Shown: piece after piece, positions 40,423 through 47,529 of the stretch
Numbering within the stretch: position 1 is the first letter of the stretch
Layout: each line of letters starts with the position of its first letter
NCBI GenBank assembly: GCA_030447385.1
Contig: JAUJOY010000002.1
Coordinates: 450,081-514,080 of the forward strand
DNA: 64,000 bases
Direction: 5' to 3'
From: Mycobacteriales bacterium
Lineage (GTDB): Bacteria > Actinomycetota > Actinomycetes > Mycobacteriales > SCTD01
Translations under genes and position numbers: made by a program
Notes under the pieces: generated by a model
Databases searched by the model: none
What the model was told of the DNA's origin: nothing
Seen by the model: the letters and a program-made list of their open reading frames with translations, nothing else

Positions 40423-41346
40423 ATGCCACGCCCGCAGGTCTCCGAGCTGTTCGACGGCGCGCAGTGGCGGGAGGTGGCGGGCTTCGACCTCACCGACATC
40501 ACCTACCACCGGCACGTCGCGACCGGCCGCAAGGGCGGCGTGGTGCGGGTCGCGCTCGACCGTCCGGAGGTGCGCAACGCCTTCCGTCCCGGCACGGTCG
40601 ACGAGCTCTACCGGGTCCTGGACCACGCGCGTACGACACCCGACGTCGGCTGCGTGATCCTCACCGGAAACGGCCCGTCCGAGAAGGACGGCGGCTGGGC
40701 CTTCTGCTCCGGCGGCGACCAGCGCATCCGGGGCCGGGACGGCTACCGCTACGCCGACGGCGAGGGCCCGGAGGGCATCGACCCGGCAAGGGCCGGCCGG
40801 CTGCACATCCTCGAGGTGCAGCGGCTGATCCGGATGATGCCCAAGGTCGTGATCTGCGCGGTGCCCGGGTGGGCGGCCGGTGGCGGCCACAGCCTGCACG
40901 TCGTGTGCGACCTGACTCTCGCCAGCGACGAGCACGCGCGCTTCAAGCAGACCGACGCCGACGTGGGCAGCTTCGACGGCGGGTACGGCTCGGCCTACCT
41001 CGCGCGGCAGGTCGGCCAGAAGCTCGCCCGCGAGATCTTCTTCCTGGGTCGCACCTACACCGCCACCGACATGCACCGGATGGGGGCGGTCAACGAGGTG
41101 GTCCCGCACGCCGAGCTGGAGCCGACCGCGATCGCGTGGGCGCAGGCGATCCTCGGCAAGAGCCCGACGGCGCAGCGGATGCTGAAGTACGCCTTCAACG
41201 CCGTCGACGACGGGATGGTCGGCCAGCAGGTGTTCGCGGGGGAGGCGACCCGGCTGGCCTACATGACCGATGAGGCCGTGGAGGGACGCGACGCGTTCCT
41301 GGACAGGCGCGAGCCCGACTGGTCGCCCTATCCCTACTACTTCTGA
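40423..41346 (+). CDS. menB: 1,4-dihydroxy-2-naphthoyl-CoA synthase
   Basis: 307 aa with ...DITYHRH..., ...RPEVRNAFRPGTVDELY..., ...GGWAFCSGGDQRIRG... and ...GWAAGGGHSLHVVCDLT..., a crotonase fold with MenB-specific motifs. Confidence 0.95.
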   Translation: MPRPQVSELFDGAQWREVAGFDLTDITYHRHVATGRKGGVVRVALDRPEVRNAFRPGTVDELYRVLDHARTTPDVGCVILTGNGPSEKDGGWAFCSGGDQRIRGRDGYRYADGEGPEGIDPARAGRLHILEVQRLIRMMPKVVICAVPGWAAGGGHSLHVVCDLTLASDEHARFKQTDADVGSFDGGYGSAYLARQVGQKLAREIFFLGRTYTATDMHRMGAVNEVVPHAELEPTAIAWAQAILGKSPTAQRMLKYAFNAVDDGMVGQQVFAGEATRLAYMTDEAVEGRDAFLDRREPDWSPYPYYF

Positions 41347-41347
41347 G

Positions 41348-42490
41348 GTGCTCGCCGTCCCGGCGGACGCCCCCCACCTCCTGCCGGCGCTGGCGGCCGC
41401 GCTGGCCGGCACCGGTCCGGCCGTGCTCCCGCTCCCTGCGGAGCCGGCGCGCGTGCTGGCTGCGTGCCGGCCGGATCAGCCCCTGGAGCACGACGACGTG
41501 GCACTCCTGGTGCCGACCTCCGGCTCGACGGGCGAGCCGAAGGGGGTGCTCCTCTCCGCGGCGAACCTGAGGGCGTCCGCGCAGGGGACGGCGCGCAGGC
41601 TGGGCGGTGCCGGGCAGTGGCTGCTGGCGATCCCGCCCACCCACATCGGCGGCCTCCAGGTGCTCGTGCGCTCGCTGCTGGCCGGTCTGGCTCCGGTCGT
41701 GCTGCCCCAGGGGTCCTTCCAGGCCGCGACCTTCGTCGCGCACACCGCCCGGCTCTCCGGTTCGAGGCGCTACGTCGCCCTCGTCCCCACCCAGCTGCGC
41801 CGCCTGCTGGCCTCCGGCGACGCAGCCACCGGGGCCCTCAGGACCTACGACGCGGTCCTGATCGGCGGCGCCGCGACTGCTGCCCCGCTGCTGGCCGCTG
41901 CAGAGGCGGCGGGCATCCGGGTCGTGACGACCTACGGGATGTCCGAGACCTCCGGCGGGTGCGTCTACGACGGTGCGCCCCTCGACGGTGTCACCGCGCG
42001 GGTCGAGGACGGCCGCATCCGGCTGTCCGGCCCGGTCGTGGCCCTCGGCTACCGGCTGCGGCCCGACCTCACGGCCCGCGCCTTCCGGGACGGCTCCTTC
42101 CTCACCGGCGACCTGGGTGTCCTTCGCCCGGACGGCGGCCTGCAGGTGCTCGGCCGTGCCGACGACGTGATCGTGACCGGGGGCGAGAAGGTCAGCCCGC
42201 CCGCGGTCGAGGCGGCCCTCGCGGCCCATCCGGCGGTGGCCGAGGTCGCGGTCGTGGGCCTGCCGGACGACGAGTGGGGGGAGCGGGTCGTGGCGTTCGT
42301 CGTCCTGCGGACGCCGCTGTCGCTGGGCGGCGCGCGGGAGCACGTCGCGGCGCGGCTGCCCCGCGTGTGGGCACCGCGCGAGCTGCGCGAGGTGGACGCG
42401 CTGCCGCTGGTGGCTCCCGGCAAGATCGACCGCGCGGCTCTACGCTCGGGGACCGCCGGGGAGGTCCCGACAGCGGGAGGGAAGCCATGA
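41348..42490 (+). CDS. menE: o-succinylbenzoate-CoA ligase
   Basis: ...LLVPTSGSTGEPKGV..., ...TTYGMSETSGG... and ...FLTGDLG...GRADDVIVTGGEKVS.... GTG 41348 lies 2 nt after the menB stop. Confidence 0.85.
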   Translation: MLAVPADAPHLLPALAAALAGTGPAVLPLPAEPARVLAACRPDQPLEHDDVALLVPTSGSTGEPKGVLLSAANLRASAQGTARRLGGAGQWLLAIPPTHIGGLQVLVRSLLAGLAPVVLPQGSFQAATFVAHTARLSGSRRYVALVPTQLRRLLASGDAATGALRTYDAVLIGGAATAAPLLAAAEAAGIRVVTTYGMSETSGGCVYDGAPLDGVTARVEDGRIRLSGPVVALGYRLRPDLTARAFRDGSFLTGDLGVLRPDGGLQVLGRADDVIVTGGEKVSPPAVEAALAAHPAVAEVAVVGLPDDEWGERVVAFVVLRTPLSLGGAREHVAARLPRVWAPRELREVDALPLVAPGKIDRAALRSGTAGEVPTAGGKP

Positions 42491-43356
42491 CCAGCGCCGC
42501 CCAGTGGTTCGAGGGCGCGCGCCCGCGTACCCTGCCTGCTGCGCTCGCGCCGGTGCTGGTCGGCTCCGGCGCCGCCGCGCAGGTGGGCGCCTTCCACCCG
42601 GAGCGCGCGCTGCTGGCCCTGGTCGTCGCCCTCGCTCTTCAGGTGGGGGTCAACTACGCCAACGACTACAGCGACGGTCTGCGCGGCACCGACGCCGACC
42701 GCGTGGGACCGCTGCGCCTGGTGGGCTCGGGGACCGCCAGCCCGGCGGCGGTGCGGCGGGCCGCGCTGGTCGCGTTCGGGGCGGCCGGAGCCGCCGGGCT
42801 CGTGCTCGCGGCCCTGACGACCTGGTTGCTGCTGGGCATCGGCCTGCTGGCCTTCGCCGCTGCCTGGGGCTACACCGGTGGTGCCAAGCCCTACGGCTAC
42901 CGCGGGCTCGGCGAGGTCTCCGTCTTCGTCTTCTTCGGGCTCGTGGCCGTGCTCGGCACGACGTACGTGCAGGCCGGGCGGCTGACCTGGATCTCCCTGG
43001 CCGGCGGCATCGGCTGCGGGGCGCTCGCGTGCGCCATCCTCGTGACCAACAACCTGCGGGACATCCCGACCGACACGGTCAGCGGGAAGCGGACCCTCGC
43101 GGTGGTGCTCGGCGACCGGCGCAGCCGCCTGCTCTACCCCTCGCTGGTGGGTGCGGCCCTGCTCGTGCCGGTCGCCGTCGCTCCCGTTGCTCCCGGCGCA
43201 CTGCTCGCACTGGGTGCCGTCCCGCTCGCGCTTGGGCCGGTGCAGAGCGTCCAGCGCGGGGTGAGCGGGCGCGACCTCGTCCCCGTCCTGCAGGCCACCG
43301 GACGCCTGCAGCTGGTCTACGGGATCCTCCTCGCCGTCGGGCTGGTGCTGGGCTGA
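42487..43356 (+). CDS. menA: 1,4-dihydroxy-2-naphthoate polyprenyltransferase
   Basis: MTSAAQWFEGARPRTLPAALAPVLVGSG...NYANDYSDGLRGTD... is the UbiA-family motif. The protein is polytopic. It has an ATGA overlap with menE. Confidence 0.9.
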   Translation: MTSAAQWFEGARPRTLPAALAPVLVGSGAAAQVGAFHPERALLALVVALALQVGVNYANDYSDGLRGTDADRVGPLRLVGSGTASPAAVRRAALVAFGAAGAAGLVLAALTTWLLLGIGLLAFAAAWGYTGGAKPYGYRGLGEVSVFVFFGLVAVLGTTYVQAGRLTWISLAGGIGCGALACAILVTNNLRDIPTDTVSGKRTLAVVLGDRRSRLLYPSLVGAALLVPVAVAPVAPGALLALGAVPLALGPVQSVQRGVSGRDLVPVLQATGRLQLVYGILLAVGLVLG

Positions 43357-43742
43357 TGGAGCGCAACGTGCTGGGCGGCGAGCTGGAGGTGTGCGGCACC
43401 GACCCCATGACCGGCTGGCATCGCGACGGCACCTGCTCGACCGGACCGGACGACATCGGCAGCCACACGGTGTGCGTGGTCGCGACCGCGGAGTTCCTCG
43501 AGCACCAGCGCTCGGTCGGCAACGACCTCACGACGCCCAGGCCGGAGTACGCGTTCCCCGGCCTGCGCCCCGGCGACCGGTGGTGCGTGGTCGCGGTGCG
43601 GTGGCGGCAGGCCTACGAGGACGGGGCTGCCGCCCCGGTCGTGCTGGCCGCCACGCACGAGCGGGCCATGGAGATCGTGCCGCTCGCCCTGCTGCGGGAG
43701 CACGCGGTCGACGTACCGGATGACCCGGGCGCGCTGGGCTAG
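43356..43742 (+). CDS. DUF2237 domain protein
   Basis: MERNVLGGELEVCGTDPMTGWHRDGTCSTGPDDIGSHTVCVV...RWCVVAVRW... is the DUF2237 pattern as I recall it. The ATG shares one nt with the menA stop (TGATG). Confidence 0.7.
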   Translation: MERNVLGGELEVCGTDPMTGWHRDGTCSTGPDDIGSHTVCVVATAEFLEHQRSVGNDLTTPRPEYAFPGLRPGDRWCVVAVRWRQAYEDGAAAPVVLAATHERAMEIVPLALLREHAVDVPDDPGALG

Positions 43743-43754
43743 GGATCGGCTCGC

Positions 43755-45149
43755 TCAGCCGGCCGGGCTGCTGGTCGGGCTCGAACGTGGGGAGGTCGTC
43801 GGGGCGGCGGAGCGGAACAGCGGCGAGCTCGGGCTGGCGACCGGCACCAGCGGCGACTTCCTGGGCGTGGGCGAGCTGCTCGGGCTCGGGGTGGCGGACC
43901 GCTGGGCGGGTCCCGTGGAGGCCGTCGGGCCGGCGCTGGCGGACCCCCGAGCCGAGGCCGTGGCGGAACCGCTGGGACGAGGTGCCGCTCCCGCCGTCCT
44001 TCCGAACGTCGGGAGCTGCACAGCGACGCAGGCGATCCTGTTGGGGTCGCCGCCTGCCAGAGCCGTCACCCGCGCGGCAGCCTCGTTGAGCCGGGTCTCG
44101 GGGAGCCGGCCGGACCGGACGGCGTCCACGAGGCCGTCCCGCATGCGCTCGGCCTGGGTGCCGTCGGTGACGAGCACAGCGTCGGCACCCGCCGCCACCG
44201 CGCGTACGGCCGCCTCCGGGAAGTCCCAGCGCAGGTTGACCGCTCCCATGCCGACGCTGTCGGTCATCGCCACGCCCTCGAAGCCCATCTCCCGCAGCAG
44301 CGCGTAGGCCTTGGGACTCATCGTGGCCGGCAGGCCGCCGTCGAGAGCGGTGTAGCCGAGGTGGTTGAGCATCACCACCGGCGCCCCCGCATCGATGGCG
44401 TCCTGGAACGGCCGCAGGTCGGTCGCCTGAAGCTCCTGGAGCGTCGCCTTCACCAGGCCCCCGTCGCGGTGGGTGTCGACGGCCGAGCGGCCCTGGCCCG
44501 GGAAGTGCTTCACCGTCGGCGTGATGCCGGCATCGACCAGCCCGTTCGAGAAGGCCAGGGCGTACTCGGAGGCGATCTGCGGGTCGGCGCTGAACGACCG
44601 GTCGCCCACGATGCCGTCGGAGGGTCCGGCGTCGAGGTCGAACAGCGGGGCGAGGTCGAGGTTGACACCGACGCCGGCGAGCTCGCGGCCCAACTCCGCC
44701 GCGAAGCCGCGCACCTGCGCCGGGGGCTGCTGCCGCGCCAGGCGCCGAGGTGAAGGCCCGGGTCCGACGATCTCGCGCGTCAGCGCCACCCGGCCGGACT
44801 CCTCGTCCGTGGAGACCAGCAGCGGGCCCCGGGCCCGGGACCGCAGATCGCGAAGAAGTGCCGTCAGCTGCCGAGCCGACTCGACGTTGGCCTCCGACAG
44901 GAACAGACCCCCGACGCCGAGGTCGACCAGCGACCGGCCGAGCGCGTCCGACGCCGAGGTCACGTGCGGCATCCCGGCGATCAGCGTGGCGGCAGCGCGG
45001 CGCTCGAGCGGGGCCGGGGAGCAGGACATCGTGGGCTTGGCCTTCGTCGCCGCCTTCCGAGGTGCAGGCGCCACCGTGTCGGTGCAGCCCGCGAGCAGGA
45101 GCACCGCGGCCAGCACCAGGCCCGCGCGGCGCAAGCAGGCCCGGGGCAC
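43755..45149 (-). CDS. glycoside hydrolase family 3 lipoprotein (NagZ-like beta-N-acetylhexosaminidase) with a Ser/Pro/Thr-rich C-terminal tail
   Basis: VPRACLRRAGLVLAAVLLLAGCTD... is a lipobox. ...VKHFPGQGRSAVDTH... is the GH3 KHFPGxG motif. GTG 45149 lies 4 nt after the ydbT-like stop. The last roughly 90 aa are low-complexity. Confidence 0.8.
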   Translation of the reverse strand: MPRACLRRAGLVLAAVLLLAGCTDTVAPAPRKAATKAKPTMSCSPAPLERRAAATLIAGMPHVTSASDALGRSLVDLGVGGLFLSEANVESARQLTALLRDLRSRARGPLLVSTDEESGRVALTREIVGPGPSPRRLARQQPPAQVRGFAAELGRELAGVGVNLDLAPLFDLDAGPSDGIVGDRSFSADPQIASEYALAFSNGLVDAGITPTVKHFPGQGRSAVDTHRDGGLVKATLQELQATDLRPFQDAIDAGAPVVMLNHLGYTALDGGLPATMSPKAYALLREMGFEGVAMTDSVGMGAVNLRWDFPEAAVRAVAAGADAVLVTDGTQAERMRDGLVDAVRSGRLPETRLNEAAARVTALAGGDPNRIACVAVQLPTFGRTAGAAPRPSGSATASARGSASAGPTASTGPAQRSATPSPSSSPTPRKSPLVPVASPSSPLFRSAAPTTSPRSSPTSSPAG

Positions 45150-45153
45150 GCGA

Positions 45154-46509
45154 TCACCGTAGGTGCGCAACGCGTCGCGCGCTGCGTGCACACGCCGTGG
45201 CCTCGGCCAGCAGGTCCAGCGCCTCGTCGTCGGACCGGTGCGGTGCGATGGCGCCGGGCAGCCGCCGCCCGGCCGTGTCGATGTGCAGGCTCGTCAACCC
45301 GAGCCGCCGCTGCCAGGGCCCCTGGGTCAGCCGAAGGCTCTGCACCCGCGCCCACGGCACGATGTCGGTCGTCGTCGTGAGGATCCCGGAGGTCGCCACC
45401 AGGTGCGCCTCATCCAGCCCGACGCGCAGCCGCCGGAAGGACAGCGGCGCCCGCCACCGGGCAGCCGGCGGAGCCGGCCGGCTGACCGGCGGGGGATCCC
45501 CACCGAGGACGCGGGCCGACAGCCGCACCGCCAGATCGCGCGGGGCCACCGGGAGCAGCGCTCCTGTCGCGGCCTGCTCCTCGGCGTTCCCGCCGCTGTA
45601 GCCGGCCACGTCGACCTCGACCCGCACCCAGCCGGACGGGCGCCACAGCAGCGGCTCGCGCATCCGGATGCCCTGGACCCGGCCGGCCGGGATCGACTGG
45701 CTCCGGGTCTCGAGCAGCCCGTGCCGCAGCCGGAGCCCGTCGGCGGTCTCCGCGACGGTGAAGCCGTACTCCGCCAGCAGGCGCCGTACGGCGAAGGAAG
45801 CGACGCCGAGCAGCAGCGGCACGGCGCCCAGCACCACACCGGGGACCAGCGACAGGTCGACCACTGCGGCTCCCGTGCCGACGACCAGCAGCCCGACCCC
45901 GACGACCAGGGGTGGCCCGAGCAGCGTCGACCACACCAGCGGGCCCAGCGGGACCACGACCAGGACGTTCTCGGGTTCCACCGGCGTGTCGGCGGTCGTG
46001 CCGGCGCTGCGTCCGGAGACCAGGTCCAGCAGCCGCATGCGCAGGACCTCGGCGTCGTTCTCGGCGAGGTAGGACAGCGGGGCCTCCGCGCCACCGCTGC
46101 CGCCGACCACCTCGAGGCGCAGCTCGGCCAGACCGAGGAAGCGCGCGAACAGGGGCCGAACGACGTCCACCGACTGCACCCGGGCGAGCGGCAGTCGGCG
46201 GTTGCGCTTGGTGAGCACCCCGCTGTCGACCTGCAGCTCGGTGTCCGTGACCCGGTAGCGCATGGCCCGCCACGACACCCAGCCGAGGAGGACGGCGAGC
46301 GGGATGCCGCCCCCGAGGACGGCCAGCACAGCGGTGGTGGACGAGGTCTCACGCAGCCCCTGCTGGCCGAAGAGCGCGAGAAGCGCCAGCGCGAAGCGCC
46401 CGCCGCGCAGCAGCGGCGTGAGCGGGTGCAGGCGGGTCCAGCCCTGCTCGTCGTCGACATCGGCGCGGAGCGGGGGCCCGGCCTCGTCCGCGGCCTCCGG
46501 GAAGGTCAC
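45154..46509 (-). CDS. YdbT-like membrane protein with repeated bacterial PH (bPH_2/DUF304) domains
   Basis: 451 aa. The unit ...RYRVTDTELQVDSGVLTKRNRRLPLARVQSVDV... repeats three times, separated by TM hairpins. GTG 46509 overlaps the upstream stop (GTGA). Confidence 0.75.
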   Translation of the reverse strand: MTFPEAADEAGPPLRADVDDEQGWTRLHPLTPLLRGGRFALALLALFGQQGLRETSSTTAVLAVLGGGIPLAVLLGWVSWRAMRYRVTDTELQVDSGVLTKRNRRLPLARVQSVDVVRPLFARFLGLAELRLEVVGGSGGAEAPLSYLAENDAEVLRMRLLDLVSGRSAGTTADTPVEPENVLVVVPLGPLVWSTLLGPPLVVGVGLLVVGTGAAVVDLSLVPGVVLGAVPLLLGVASFAVRRLLAEYGFTVAETADGLRLRHGLLETRSQSIPAGRVQGIRMREPLLWRPSGWVRVEVDVAGYSGGNAEEQAATGALLPVAPRDLAVRLSARVLGGDPPPVSRPAPPAARWRAPLSFRRLRVGLDEAHLVATSGILTTTTDIVPWARVQSLRLTQGPWQRRLGLTSLHIDTAGRRLPGAIAPHRSDDEALDLLAEATACARSARRVAHLR

Positions 46510-46985
46510 ACCCCCGCCTGTCGTGCCTCGCCGAGGGCAGCGAGCCGGTCGCGCAGCCGGGCCGCCTCATCCGCGCGCAGGCCCGGCACGTAGGCGTCCG
46601 TCGCCGCCGCGGCCGTGTGCATGGTGACCGTGGCGAGCCCGTACCGGCGCTCCAGCGGCCCGGCGGTGACGTCGACGTACTGCATGCGGCCGTACGGCAC
46701 GAGGGAGGTGCGCCGGATCAGCACGCCACGACGGACCATCAGGTCGTCCTCTCGCTCGAGGTAGCCCCAGGCGGCGCATCGCCGCTCCACGGCGCCCAGC
46801 ACCAGGCTCGTGAGGCCGCCCATCAGGCCGAGCGTGGCCAGCCCGGGCACCCAGCCGCCCAGCGCGGCCACCACGACCGCGGCCACCAGGCCGAGGCCCC
46901 CGACTCCCCAGACGGCCACGCCGCGCCGCATGGTGAGCAGTGCCCTGTCGGGCCGCTGCCACCCCTCGTCAGGCTGCTCGATCAC
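46506..46985 (-). CDS. YdbS-like membrane protein with a single bacterial PH domain
   Basis: 159 aa with a TM hairpin, then ...DLMVRRGVLIRRTSLVPYGRMQYVDVTAGPLERRYGLATVTMHTA.... Confidence 0.75.
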   Translation of the reverse strand: MIEQPDEGWQRPDRALLTMRRGVAVWGVGGLGLVAAVVVAALGGWVPGLATLGLMGGLTSLVLGAVERRCAAWGYLEREDDLMVRRGVLIRRTSLVPYGRMQYVDVTAGPLERRYGLATVTMHTAAAATDAYVPGLRADEAARLRDRLAALGEARQAGV

Positions 46986-47053
46986 GCTGCTGAGGCTACG
47001 TGGGCAGGCTCTGCCGGTAGGTCGCCCGCATGCGGCGCGCCGATACTTGAGCC

Positions 47054-47452
47054 GTGGAGTCCTCCGACGCCGTTCCCTGGTGGCGCGACTCGGCCCGCCG
47101 CAACCGGGCGGTGCTGGTCGCCTTCGCGTCGCTCGCTCTCGCGGGGATCCTCTTCCCGGCCTTCACCAACTACCTGTTCGCGGGGGACCGCCGGGTGCTG
47201 GTCGTGTCGCTCGAGGAGAACGCCGGGCAGGAGCGCCGTGAGGGGCTGAAGCGGGCCTGCGGCACTCTGCCGGGCATCTCCGTGGTGGCGGACAAGGGCA
47301 ACCCCGACCCGCGGATCCAGGGCCGCTTCCCGGTCCGCTTCGACATCGCCGACACCACGACCCAGCAGGAGGCGGCGCTGCTGAAGTGCCTCAACGACAA
47401 CCGCGAGCGCTTCCAGGTGCGCGGCTACCTGCCGGAGAACGACGGCGACTGA
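47054..47452 (+). CDS. hypothetical membrane-anchored protein (132 aa)
   Basis: It has one N-terminal TM segment (AVLVAFASLALAGILFPAF) followed by a soluble domain. I recognised no family. The start is GTG. Confidence 0.45.
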   Translation: MESSDAVPWWRDSARRNRAVLVAFASLALAGILFPAFTNYLFAGDRRVLVVSLEENAGQERREGLKRACGTLPGISVVADKGNPDPRIQGRFPVRFDIADTTTQQEAALLKCLNDNRERFQVRGYLPENDGD

Positions 47453-47529
47453 ACCGGTTCCACCGTGAAGTGACAAGCGTGCCGCGCTGGGTAGTGCGCA
47501 GTTCCACGGCTGCGACGAAGGGTGCGCTC

